NCBI RefSeq assembly: GCF_009914755.1
Contig: NC_060929.1
Direction: 5' to 3' (one strand)
DNA length: 64,000 nucleotides
From: the human T2T-CHM13v2.0 reference genome, Homo sapiens
The first letter of the stretch is position 1, and every line of letters begins with the position of its first letter. The notes under the pieces are model-generated. The model did not search any database. It saw only the letters and a program-made list of their open reading frames with translations, and was not told the DNA's origin. The translations under genes and the position numbers were made by a program. Positions 44,260-57,490 of the stretch are shown here, piece by piece.

Positions 44260-44569
44260 ACTTTCTCCTCTGTACTGACACTGTGGTGGTGAAAATGGCT
44301 CATGATTTTCTGAGGAGCAGGCTCTTTAGCTCAGGCCTGTCTGCTCAGCCTGAAAAGGAACCGTGTCATGTATAAAAAGTGACTTTCTCACCAGGGCTGA
44401 GGCCATGTCTGTGTACTCAGAACCAATTTAGCGTGTAAGAAAAGATGAGAGAGAGAGAGAGAGAATCTTTGTAAACCTTACATGTATATTTTATTTTCTC
44501 TTAATAATTTTATCATCACTTAGTGACAAGAAAATATATTCGAGAGAAAATGACCATCCCTTTTAGTAG

Positions 44570-44730
44570 CCTTGAAACTATTTACAAATTGCCCTCTCTG
44601 GGTCTCAATTTCTTTATTTGTAAAATGAAAAATGTTAAGGTGATTGTGAAGATTAAATGATTTCATAAATGTAAAACATAACTATGCCTGATTTATAGTA
44701 TGTGCTTCAATGAGTATTAGCCATTTTATT
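44570..44730 (+). mobile_element. MIR SINE
   Basis: CTCTCTGGGTCTCAATTTCTTTATTTGTAAAATG..GATTGTGAAGATTAAATGA. Confidence 0.8.
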
Positions 44731-44807
44731 GTCAGAGTGGTTGTCATTTTCTAGCCAATGAGTTTGTTCTGCAATTCATTGTCATAAGTAGTGACATTAA
44801 ATTTGAC

Positions 44808-45428
<621 letters not shown>

Positions 45429-48240
45429 TTATTATTCACTGGAAGAACTTCAGATATTTCCTATAAATAAATGGTTCTCAAATTTCACTGTGCAACAAAT
45501 AGTTTATTTCTAGAGCTTTTGGTTTTAGGTTTCAGATTGAAATTGGTGAAGGCTAGATCCTTAGAAGCATTGAAAGAGAAGCAGGGACAGGTAGGAGACT
45601 GCAAAAGATGACAGTGATTTTGACTAAATGGCATTCTTTACACTTTCAACGTTACATTTGAGAAACCATATTAAATTTACTTTCCATTTTATAGCTACTT
45701 TGAAAAATCTTACAGAGGTTTCTTCTTGAACCCATCTTATGAGTTACACGGCCACCATTTCTAGCCTTGTGGATCAGTACAAAACATTAGTAATAAGAAT
45801 GATTCACTTGGTGTATTTCTTTATAAAAATGTTGAGGGATGTTTTGCTTTACTAATCTCATTTCTCTTGCTCTCATAGAATTTGAGAATCACACATTGAC
45901 TAACAAGTCAGATTTAGAATGTGATGTGAGAGCATGTACAATACTCAGGATGTGAATGAAAATTATCTTTCTAATAGTTATTTTATAAGCTGCTTTGGCA
46001 TATAAGAACATTATTAAGAGCAGCAAGATCTCAGTTCTAAAGCTACATTTTTCTTTTTTAAATTCAGGATTCTGAATTCTGGATGAGTACTTTTCAAGGT
46101 GAATGGTTGCAATCTCAAGGTGTGTTGCAATGGTCTAATTTCTTGAAAATTAAAAAATCCTCCAACTACAGAAATTCAATAAACTTTGGAACACTTGAAA
46201 TGAGCAATTGGTGAGTGGCAATAGGATCTATCCAATGAATTGTAGGCAATACCCACAGACTGTCTCTTCGTATCCTAAGTTGTTATTTTGCATGTTTTAA
46301 AAAGTGGACATTGATACAAGCTACAAATGGAGGCCTTTCATATTCAAGCATGAATTTGCCCATTTAACATTATAGACCTTTCCAATAAGGGTATGTACAG
46401 TTTCCATCACACCTGTAACTAAATTTGACCTTGTTTTGTAAACATATCACCTTGTTGTATGTATGCATTTGAAAACACTCATTTTAATTTGAAATATATA
46501 ATTCAGTATATTTAGCTAAACTTTAATACATAGTGACTCAAGAGATACTCTCACAAATACCTCAAGCAGGAGGCCATTTGTAAGACATCCAAAGACAAGT
46601 GACCACAGGCATGAGGCCTGGGCAGGGGATTTTGAAATAGCAGCCAAAGTAAACTGTATCTTGTTAAATGAGCATGTTATTTAGAAACAAAGTTGCCCTA
46701 TTGAGAAGTGTACTTTTGAAATGTTTCCAACTTTGGGGTGACATTAAGCAAAATAAGAGTTAAAATGGAGTCCTTCAACCTTGTACTTTGTTAGAAGTTA
46801 GGCATCAGGCTCCTCAGCGGAGATACCATTTTAGGATTGGGATGGAGAAGCAGCTGAAGAGAAAGAAAAGCACTTTGCTAAGACAGGATATGCCTATGTA
46901 CTCTGTCTCCACAGCTGCATCCTCAGAGAGGATAAATGAGAGCATATTCTCTCATTAATCAACCAAGAGGGATCACACACACAGAGAAAGGATCCAATCA
47001 AGTTGTGCGGATGTTTTGGTCCGTAAGTGCAATCACTAATTGCCTGGATATGTGCCTGCAATTCTTAGAGTTGGCCCAGGGCTGCTCTTGTTGGGAATCT
47101 AGTCAGACTTGCAAGATCCAGCTTCCCAAATCCTGTCGATAGATAGCTAGAGCTTCCGATCTTGACACGCTCAGCTATCTCTTGCTAGATTTTCCGGAAA
47201 GGAAGTGGCAACCGGATTTTAAGCAGCTTAGAAACTTAATGGCTGAGGAGATAGGGCTGGGAATGAAATGGAATCCCACGTCTTTCAGAACAGCCTCACT
47301 TATTTAATTTGGTTTATCTCTGTATTTTTTTCTTTACATCATGTGTAGCTTTTACTTATAAAGAAACCATGTTGAAGACTCTACATTTAACGAATGTCAA
47401 TGAGACCGTTCATGTCTGCTTTAAGCTAAGTTCCTCATGAGCCTGAGAGAAAAGCTATTTCCAGTTTGGAATGAGTTATAAGGCGAAGCTGTGCAGTGGG
47501 ATCTAGACAGCAATTCTTCACAGCAAGATTTTATTATTTAAAGACACACTGAGAGAAGCTTTGATTTGTTCTGCTGTAAGGGGCCCTAGATTCAGTCTCT
47601 GCTCTCACCCTTTGCTTTCCCTTAGAGGAGATGGAGGCTGCAAAGGGTCAATAACTCGCAGATTACTCTGTGGTAGATCCCAAACTAGTTCCCTAGTGTT
47701 TTGGTTCTCACCACAGCGCTTCAGTTTGAAGTGAATTTCCAGATAATTCATATTCAAATGTAAGAACCAAACACATTCTGAAATAAAAGATAATTTTTCT
47801 CACAGAACATTTTGCTTGCTTTACCTCTATTAGAATAGTCCATTCTTAATTATTCGCAATGTATATTTTAAAAGACGAATCCACATCTACCATGAAGTGA
47901 TGGAAAGAATCTATAATGTATTAGCTATACTTTGAATTTTACTTCCGGTAGGCACATTATAGGAAGGTGGGTTTGGTTGCAGATTGAAAAGAGACAAGAC
48001 TGTTTTATTAAAAGCTTTGCCTTTTTGCATGTATGTATTTCTCTTCAGCTCCCTAAAAACGACAAAATTTGTTCTTATATCCTCCAGGTTATGTGGACAA
48101 GTGTCGGGAGGTGGGATTGGGTGTCCATCCCTTGGACAAGCTGTGTAGCCTCCACATAGGCATAGTATATTTTGCTGAGACTTTCAAAGATGCATCTGGA
48201 GAGAAGGTACACCCAAAAGACTAAATTAGAAGATGGTAAC

Positions 48241-48658
48241 TGATAGGGTTTGGATCTGTATCCCCATGAAATCTCATGTTGAATTGTAATCCCCAGTGTT
48301 GGAGTTGGGGCCTGGTGAGAGGTGATTGGATCATGGGGCTGGAGTTCTCATGAATGGATTAGCATCATTCCCTACGTGCTGTTCTGGTGATAGTGAGTGA
48401 GTGAGTGATTGTGAGATCTGGTTGTTTAACCAGATCTCTCTCTCTCTTCCTCCTGTTCCAGCCATATGAAGTGCTCGCTCCCACTATACCTTCCACCATG
48501 ACTATAGGTTTTCTGAGGCCTCCCCAGAAGGTGAGCAGATGCAAACTGCTGTGCTTCCTGTGCAGCCTGTGGAACCCTGAGCCAATTAAACCCCTTTTCT
48601 TTATAAATTACCCAGCCTCTGGTATTTCTGTATGGCAATGCAAGAACGGACTACTACA
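48241..48658 (+). mobile_element. MST solo LTR (MaLR)
   Basis: TGATAGGGTTTGGATCTGTATCCCC..AAATCTCATGTTGAATTGTAATCCCCAGTGTTGGAG...GGACTACTACA; TSD GTAAC/GTAAT. Confidence 0.92.
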
Positions 48659-49720
48659 GTAATAGAGATGTTAAAAACATTTGTAAAAGAGGGACTGTAT
48701 GCATAACAGAAAACAAGGGAGAGATTCTGCCTTTGCAGATTTGAATGCAGCAGCCAGGTTTTCCTCAACAGATTTTGACGTCATGGAATAGTTTTAGTTT
48801 TTATACATCTTGTTTGTTTTGGAAGTTTCTACAAATTTTACCTTCTTGAAAACCATAATTTTTCTTCAAGAATGTAATCTTTGTGACTTAAGAAATTATT
48901 GTATATTGAACCCAGGTTTAATAGAGCCTCAGAAAAAAAAAAAAAGAAAAGAAAAAAAAGAAAAAGAAAAAAGACAGTGTGAGCCATACAGCAAGTGGGA
49001 ATCAGTCCGAATGCTCTTCTTGTCAATAGAGGTAAAAGGCCCAATCAATAGTAGGACAAAGAGGCTGAATGGCTGTCATTGGCAATTTAATACCATTCCA
49101 TTCCACCTCTTCTTTAGACCTCTCTCTCCTTTACTGTCAGCCATATCACTTTGCAAATTAGGCTTTTTGAGATTTTTAGGATGGCATTGCTGGTGGTAAA
49201 TCCATGCAACCAAAAGCCACGTGTACCCTAAAAGCTACTGAAATAAAAAAAATTAAGAAAAAATATGTTAATTTAAAAAAGGAAATAAGCATGTTAGGTA
49301 GTTTTGGCAGGAAGGACAAAAATTTTGGGGTGGGGCTAGAGTAGGGCTGGGATGTACGATCAGAATGGGGCAGAGATGAGCAGGACTAACTCACAGAAAC
49401 TCAAGGAGAGAGAAGGTTGCCACTCAGTCAGAAAGTGTATTTTGCATGAAACTCTGGATTTGAAGAGGAAAGAATATCTTTATGAATTCTCTTTGTGTGT
49501 GTGTGTGTCTCTATGATCAAAACTTTAGTCATAATAGCTTTTGACTCTCTTAAAATTAAAATAGACATTTCTTGTGTTTAAAAATAAATGCACATTCATT
49601 GAAAAAAATACTGAAAATACAGAAAAGTGAAAAAAGATAACTCCTATAATTCTATAGAAATAAATACTGTTAACATTTTAAAATCTTCTTTCCTGCCCAG
49701 TAGTCACAGAAATATATTTT

Positions 49721-49939
49721 CAGAGCCACACCTTAGTGGTGGGATGGTAGAAGAGGCCTCCCAACAGTTCAGACTCTCAGGGATCCACTGTCTGTGGAGA
49801 ATTTAAGAGCAATAATAAAACCATTAGTGAATTTGCTTTTATTAAACACCATAAGCCTACAATTCTAAGTATCAGTAATAAAATATTACTATCCTCCAAG
49901 GAGACACACTTCCAAAGTCTTGCCCTTGGTATGCTACTT
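49721..49939 (+). mobile_element. Short hAT-Tip100 (MER97-like) element
   Basis: TGTCTGTGGAGAATTTAAGAGCAATAATAAAACC..TGCTTTTATT..CAATTCTAA; end CCCTTGGTATGCTACT. Confidence 0.55.
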
Positions 49940-49979
49940 TATTTTTGTTTTGACAAATCAGATCATTTTGTAAATATTT

Positions 49980-51700
49980 TTTCAGTATGAAATGAATCCT
50001 GAACATTTTCATTTGTCACTAATCAATATGCTTTTATATTACAAATTTTACATTTGCTTATCATGTTATCGTATTAAGCAAATTTTATGTTTAAGCAAGA
50101 TATACAATATTTACAATATAAGCAAATTTTACATTTGCTTATCATTTATTTAAACAATTCCCTATTTTTAGTTATTTAGGCTGTTTCTTGTTTTTCTCTT
50201 TTACACTTGATTATTTGTACTTACGAATGGAACTATTAAGTCAAACTGTATGGAAAAAATATAAGGCTTTTAATACATAGAAAATTTCACTGTAGAAAAT
50301 TATTACTACAGGCAATCCATCCAGCAATGTGAGAGAGCAGACATTTCTCAACAGCAGTGCCAACATTAGAATTTATCTTAAAACAAAACAACACAAAAAC
50401 ATACAAACAAAAGACTTGGGCAATTTGACAAAGCAATTATTGTATCTGATTATTGTTTTAATTTACATTGCTTTGACTAGAAGTGGGGCTGAGCACTTTT
50501 TTGTATGTACCATTTTTATTTCTGTTCTTATAGTCAGCCTCTTTACGTCTTTTAACAATCTTTTCTCTCTTTTTAACTGGAGTGCATGTGTGTAGTCATA
50601 CAAATCTTTGTATGTTAAATGTACTGTTACCTTCTGTTTGTTATATCCTTGAGATACTTTTAGGAAGCTTATCATTTGCCTACAGATTCTACTGATTTTG
50701 CTTCTGAAACTTTGAGTTAAAAATAAATCTTTGAATTTAATGTTATTCTATCCTATCTTTAATAGTTTCCAAAAATCAACAGTGTAATTACATTCCTTCA
50801 CGTCTTCTTCTAGCATTTTCTTCTTTAAATTCAATGTTACACTTAATTGGGAATATATCTTTGAGTGTGAAATAGTGAGTCCGTTAAGACACTTTATTGA
50901 ATATCAGTCCATCCTCTCCTCTCTGATGTGAAATAACATTTTCATATATATATATGCATAGTTGGGTTTTGGAGCTTTGATTTATATTCCACATATTCTA
51001 TATTTATGACAGCACCATTATATTTTAAGAATTGTTCTTCTATATTTCTATATCAAGCACAGTATATTTCCCTCAATAATATATGTATAAAATATTTTCT
51101 TGTATTTTTGTCAATCATTTATTCTTCTAGACATACTGGAAAATCATACCAAAAAATCCAAAAAAGAATTCCTAAGATTTTTATTAGAATTACACCAGTT
51201 TCTAAATTTATTGTGTTATAATTTCAACATTAAATGATTTCTATTTTAATTTAATGAGGTTTTTCCCATAAGTACTTTATAAATGCTTTAAAAATACAGT
51301 TTTTATAGAATTAGCAAATAGTTTTTCTATTTTTTAAAAAGCTAGAGAGATGCACTAGAGATATATTGGTCTTCCCCATAAATGGATTTTGAAAATTTCT
51401 TGTATTTCTGACTGTTTAACTACATTTATGTTGATATTTTATTATGGGGCACATAAAGGTCAATGAGTCTTGTATATTTATTGAAAACTCTACCTATTAA
51501 CAATATAAAATAATGAATTTCTGATGTGATGTTTTTCCCTGGATTTGTTTCTTCTTAGGCTGATACTTACTATCACTGTTTTCTTTTATTTACATTTTTT
51601 CTGATCAGTTTTTTGCTCATTATTTTACTTCAAATCTTTTACCTAATTTTATTTTAGATACGTCTTATACAAACAGCATTTTTATAATTGAGGAAAATAG
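49980..51700 (-). mobile_element. Old, degenerate L1M fragment(s)
   Basis: CCAGCAATGTGAGAG..TTTCTCAACA..TGCCAACA and TTGTTTTAATTTACATTGCTTTGACT..GCTGAGCACTTTTT typical of antisense L1. Confidence 0.6.
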
Positions 51701-53479
51701 TATAATTTAAGATCCAAATTGACTTAAACAGCATCTGTCTTGAGGAACTAGGGGAAGATATGGTAACAGGTGGTAGCATAATTTATATTCCTGAAAAAAG
51801 AAAATATCTAGCTCACTTGCATTTACATAATTTTATAGAAGAGGGAAAATGAATTTTGAAATTCCAAAGCCTATTCTTCTGGGCCTCTAAAAGATGAGAC
51901 CAAGAGTACAAGGGTTGTTTGAATAGTGATATTATTGACTTTGGAAGAGCAAAGATAGGATGGAAGCCTATTTGTGGCTCAAAAGCTAGATAAACTACTC
52001 TTCTAAGAAAGGAGGGTTGTTGAGTTTTCTACAAGCACAATGGGTAAGGAGTTCTTGGAATTCTGAGAGGGCTGGAGATTGGCAGGGAGTTTTGATGAAA
52101 GAAGGACATACAACAGGGTGACACAGCACCTTCCACGGTACCCAAGCTTCGGTGATGACTGCAACCCCTACCACTGCTTGTCTGTGAGGATGGGAATGGG
52201 GAAATTCAGGAAAAGAACAAGAGCAGAAGATGGAGAGGCTGGAGGTCAGATGAAAGTGAAATTCTGAGTTCAGAAATGAAAAGACTGTGAGCCCAGCAGT
52301 AACTATAGGTATATACCATGCCAGAGCATTGAGCTTGTAAAATATGGGATAATACAAAGAGTGTTTGTTTGTTTTAATTTTATAGGAGAGTGTTATTTTG
52401 TAATCTCACCTACATTTGAATTACATATATTTGGGATTTTTTTTGTTTGTTTGTCTAACTTAGCCTGGCATTCTTTACGTTTTAATAGGAAGCATAATCT
52501 GCTTATATTAATCACCATATCTGATATATTTGGGCTTCTTACCATCCCATTGTTTTCTATGGTTACTTGTTATTTTACCCTACCCTTTTCACTTCCATGA
52601 TTTGGAAGCTACATGTGCTGTATATTTTTAATAGTGGTTACATTTGACATTTAAAAATATTTGGACTTACTGTTTTTGCTTAATATTCAATGTGAAGAGT
52701 GAAGCTGTAATTAGAAGTTAGGTTAGATGAAAATTAAGCCTTACTTTATTTTCCTTCTCCTCTGCCTTGCCACTTCTTAGTGTATTATTAACAATCACTT
52801 TTCATTCTTGCTCTGTTGTGATTCTTATTTATCCCTTTGTGAGTTGAAACAATATCTAATCGTTTTCAGAAAGGGTACATGAATTTCTTTTTTGACCACT
52901 TATGACTAAAATGCCTTTCTATTGCTTTTTCACATGAGCAGAATCAAAGATGAAGAAATAAATCTTGGGTTTAACTTTTCTTTTTCCTTCTCAAAACTCC
53001 ATAGCTATGGCTTGATTGTTTACTGGCATCAGTGTTGGGAAGGAGATATCTAAATCAAACTTGAATTTTGTGTTCGTTTGAAAGTGATCTGCTTTTCTAT
53101 GTGGTAATTGGATGCCTCCCAGCCCCCTATGAAATGTAAGGGTCATAACTAGGATATGTTAAATATTGTCACTTTTCATTATTTACATTTTATATTTGCC
53201 AAATCTCTTTGATAAAGATTTAGGTCTTCAGCTTAAACATTTTTTTAAAATAAATTTTTAAAATTAATTTTGTGATTTCTTAAAAATTGTTTTTCTTTTT
53301 CCTGGAATGCCTAGTATAGGTTGAATTCTCTGAGTCTTCCACATCTAACATATTTCACTGCATTATATTCATCTATTAGTCTTACTTGTTTGAGTTCTGG
53401 GTTGATTTCCTGAGTTTACATTCTACTACAGTAAAATAATCTTAGGCAGAATCCAATCTACTCTTCATTCTCTTTATCA

Positions 53480-53998
53480 GAGCTCAGAGTGCAGGTAATA
53501 AGGGGGTGCATTGTCTGAAGAGACTTTAAAAACAATAATAAACCCAACTAAAATCAGTTTGCTTTTTATTATCATCATGTGCTAACAATTGTAATAATGG
53601 TGACTTAAGGTATAGCTTGAGTCTTCAATCCCGCATTTCAATAGTGATTGTAAAAATTAATAATCGATCTATAGTTATTTGTCAGTTTTCCTATGTGATC
53701 ACCTGGAGTTTTTATTTGTGTTTAAAATAGAAAGGAGTGAAACAGAGTGAGAATGGCAATGCAATCATATTTTTCTAGTAAGCACAAAATTTAGTTCATG
53801 AACAAAATATTTTCCTGCATTTAAATATTTTTTAAAATAAAACTTTATTCCATTTAATGTTAACTGTTTTAAAACTAAAAAGAATAAGTAAAATAATGAT
53901 TATTACTGATTATTACATGATTATTATTTTTGCCATATAGAGAAAGGTGGTTTAAAAATTATCTACTCTGGTTATCAAATGTGTTAGGTATGCCACTG
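53480..53998 (+). mobile_element. hAT-Tip100 (MER97-like) DNA transposon fragment
   Basis: GTGCAGGTAATAAGGGGGTGCATTGTCTG..TTTAAAAACAATAATAAA..GCTTTTTATTATCA; terminal TAGGTATGCCACTG. Confidence 0.7.
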
Positions 53999-55439
53999 CC
54001 AACTATGATGATAGCTTCTTGTAGCTGCTCATTCCATGAAGAAGTTTTATCAATTAAGTTTTCTCTTTGGGACAGCAATCTGTTCTTCAAGAAAGTCCCC
54101 ATTTGCTGATATTTCTTTCTCTGATTGCTGACTGTAGAATAGAAACTCCATAAACTGAGATGCTGCTTGGCGTGGCCATCTGGTGTACCCCGACCTCCTT
54201 TCTCTCCCTGTGCCCCCAACTCTGTGTGAATGGAACCATGTGGGATTTGTTCAAATTCTCCCACACTTATTTCCTAGGTAAATTCAATTTTTGCATGTCT
54301 CTAGGTCTCTCTTAGTCCAGTCCTGTCTGGACTCTATCTTGAAGAAATTCACCAAAGCTTCTGATTTTTGATGGCATCTTTTCTAATTTCCAGATGGGTG
54401 GCAGTTTTTCCCTATTTTTAATTTTTATTTCCATAGACCTTCCATACCTCGAGAGGGTAGTGGGAAAACATCTTTGCTCATGTCACTATTTTACCCCCAA
54501 TTCTCTTCTTATTGTTTTAAATACCCCTAATTCTCCCATTAGATTCATTTCTGGAAGAGGTGTTAACAAACAAGGTACGTGTGTGTGTGAAAGTGTATGT
54601 GCACGTGCAGCGTGTGTGGGTATTAATTTTAAAGACTGCAGCTGTTCAAAGGAAGCACTTGAGTAATCCTATAATTATAGTGTACTGAATAGTTTTAATG
54701 AATTCATGCAATTTAGATTTTCTTTCTTTTAATAAAATTCATGTAGGAGTCTGAATAAGGGTACTGTTATGACAGATTATTGACTTAGAATTTTTTTAAG
54801 TCAAAACATGCTTGTATTCATCAAAGAGGATACCCAGGAAACAGCTTTAACCAATTCAGGAAATATAACTTTTATGATGCCAAAGAGAACACCCACAGTA
54901 GCTTGTAGAGGTAGCAGAACAGGTTAAGAATTATTGTTTTGAAGCTGCAGGTTCAGAATCTGTTTAGGGAATTGTGGTATACCTAGGACTTTAAAACTCT
55001 TTATTTCTAGTCTATATTTTTCAGAGTTGATGTTTTTCTACTCGTAGATTTATCCAATGTAATGTAACTTTGGTAAAATTGATTCTATGCAATGTATGTG
55101 ACTGATACAATGCAGCTGAATCCCTGAATCCCTGGCCTTTAAGGCATTACCAGCAAGCCAGTAATTTTGGCTGCAAGTACAGCAAGGATGTCCAACTTCT
55201 GGGAAAGATCAGAGGGATTTAGATAGTTCAGTACTGAGATAAGAACCAAGGGTTAATAGGTAAAATCCTGTTACTGACATAGTATAATTTTCTAAAATTA
55301 ATAATTAATTTATTTGAAAAATTAATATTTATGGTGTTAAAGAGGTAAGTACATAAAGAAGGGAGAAGGAAGGCTATTTAATAAGTGCAAAATTTTTAAA
55401 TAATAATAGTAACTTACAGGACAAAAACAAATCATTTGT

Positions 55440-55960
55440 GCAGGTGGGGGCAAGGAGATATTTCAAATTCTAGCTTCCTCTGCATCTCTGGCTTATGTTC
55501 TGAGAGTATGTCTCTCAAATCCACTTCACCACCTCCTATGCACATCCTTTGCCCTATCTCCAGTGAACGGTGCACCATTTCCTGAAAACAATTTTCATAG
55601 CATTCTTCCTTTGTATATATTAATCTTTCTGCTTGGAATGTCTTTCCCATTTTTAATTGCCTTGAAAATTTCTACTTATGTATCAGGGTCCAGTTTGCAT
55701 GTCCCTTATTCTATAAAATTTTCTTACCAACTATAAGTACACAGTGGAAGTTACTATGATCCCTGTGCCCACAATAAGCCATTACCTTCACCACTTCCAG
55801 TATTTTGTTCCTACTAGCTTCTGCTATATTGTTTGTAATGTGTGCCTTTTTCATGTCCCTCTCCGCTGGTTTTCATGCTCCTTGAGAACTGTATTTCAGT
55901 ATCTTAAACAGTGTTTGCTATTTTGTAGAAGCTCAAATAAGTTAAACAAATGAAGTGAAT
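55440..55960 (+). mobile_element. L2 fragment
   Basis: CTTTCTGCTTGGAATGTCTTTCCC; 3' end GCTCAAATAAGTT..AATGAA. Confidence 0.55.
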
Positions 55961-57229
55961 AAAACAATTCTATAATATTAGATTCACCTTCATAACATAG
56001 ACAAAGTAAGTTGTCTAAGAAAGATGGATGTGTTAATATAACTGCATTTATTTAACTCAGGAATAAAGAAACATTAAGAGTGCTATAGTACGTTTGGAAG
56101 GTGGGCTTTCTAGAACATTGGACTATTAGAGATACAGATAACATTTAAGGGGAAATAAGGCACTTGACAATGCTTTTTCCTTGTAGATGAGAAAACTCAT
56201 TTATGTTAAATTTGGATCGGGAACAAGGATGTTTGTTAATAGTCTCTTCAAAAGAAGTATATAGAACATGGCTGCAAGTTTTTCTGGATTGGTGATGAAA
56301 GACGGAATGTAAAAGAGTACTGGTATAGCAAGTATTTTTCTTCTTTCTTAACGCTGGCAGGATCTCAAAGGCAAAGAGTATCCTGAGAAACTGAGTAGAG
56401 GAAACAGAAAACTCACCCTAAAGTTATGTCATTCCAGCAGCATATTCTATAACACCACCTACAAGTGATTCATTTGGTATCCATGACTGAATAAATTAAG
56501 AATTTATAGCAGGTGTACATGTATGAGCTTTCTCTGCCATCTGTGATCCACCTGCAATGCTGAAAATTATTTATATAGGATTGCATTGGTCATTTTCATC
56601 AGCACTGCTCTTACCAAAGACTGTACAATGTGGAAGGTCTTTGATTTCAAAGAAAAGCTCTTCAGACCCCCAGTAAAGTATTAATGGAAATTAGGTTAAT
56701 GTGTATTTAATGTGGATTTGTAAATGTGTCCACTTTTAGGGTATTCACAAACATGTGTAGCTTGCTTAAGATTATCTGATAGTTAACCTATGACCTAGTT
56801 GATCATATCTGCACCTGAACTCAACCTCTTTATGGTTTTGCCCTTTCTGCTTTGAATGCTAGCTCCCATTTCTAAAATTGGTAGAAATGTAAGTGGTGTA
56901 TTTCAGATTCTGTCTCTGCCTTGGAAAACTGTGGCTCTAGTAGCTGATTACAGGAAGCTTATTAACCATTGTGCTAAGGCACATTTGTGTGCCTGAAATG
57001 GCATGGATGAGACATTGACCTTTTCAATCCCCAGAGTGGCCAGAAGTAAGCCCTATGATGGTATCTCTGACTACAAGCAGCCTCATACTTTCATCTGAGT
57101 CTACTGTTTAAATGCAATTCTTCTTTTATGTGTGCCATGATGTGAAAAGCTTGGAAAGCACTGAATTGTAGCATGTTGTTACTGAAACCCATGAGATGTA
57201 TCTGTAAGAGAATTACAGGGACATTGAGA

Positions 57230-57490
57230 AGATCATAGCACGGTGGCCAGAAGCTTGGACTTGAAGACATGCTGCCTGAGTTTGAATCCTTGGTCTCTTC
57301 TTTACTAATTGGACAACACTGGATGAATACTCAGCTTCTCTATTCCTTACTGTTCTTAACTGCAAAATGGAGATAATAACAGAAGCTAGCCTATAGGATT
57401 GAGAAGATTGATTAAATTAATGCAGCTAGCCAGAGGTCTTAGAACATGCCTGACATACAGTAAAGGCTATGAAAGTGTTTACTATTATGA
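57230..57490 (+). mobile_element. MIR SINE
   Basis: CTGCCTGAGTTTGAATCCT..CTGCAAAATGGAGATAATAACAG..CTTAGAACATGCCTGACATACAGTAA. Confidence 0.85.

Noticed and set aside
44260-44310. Possible 5'-inverted piece of ZP3 mRNA (ACTTTCTCCTCTG...)
   Set aside because: The similarity is too short and degenerate to support twin-priming inversion, and no TSD for the retrocopy could be identified.
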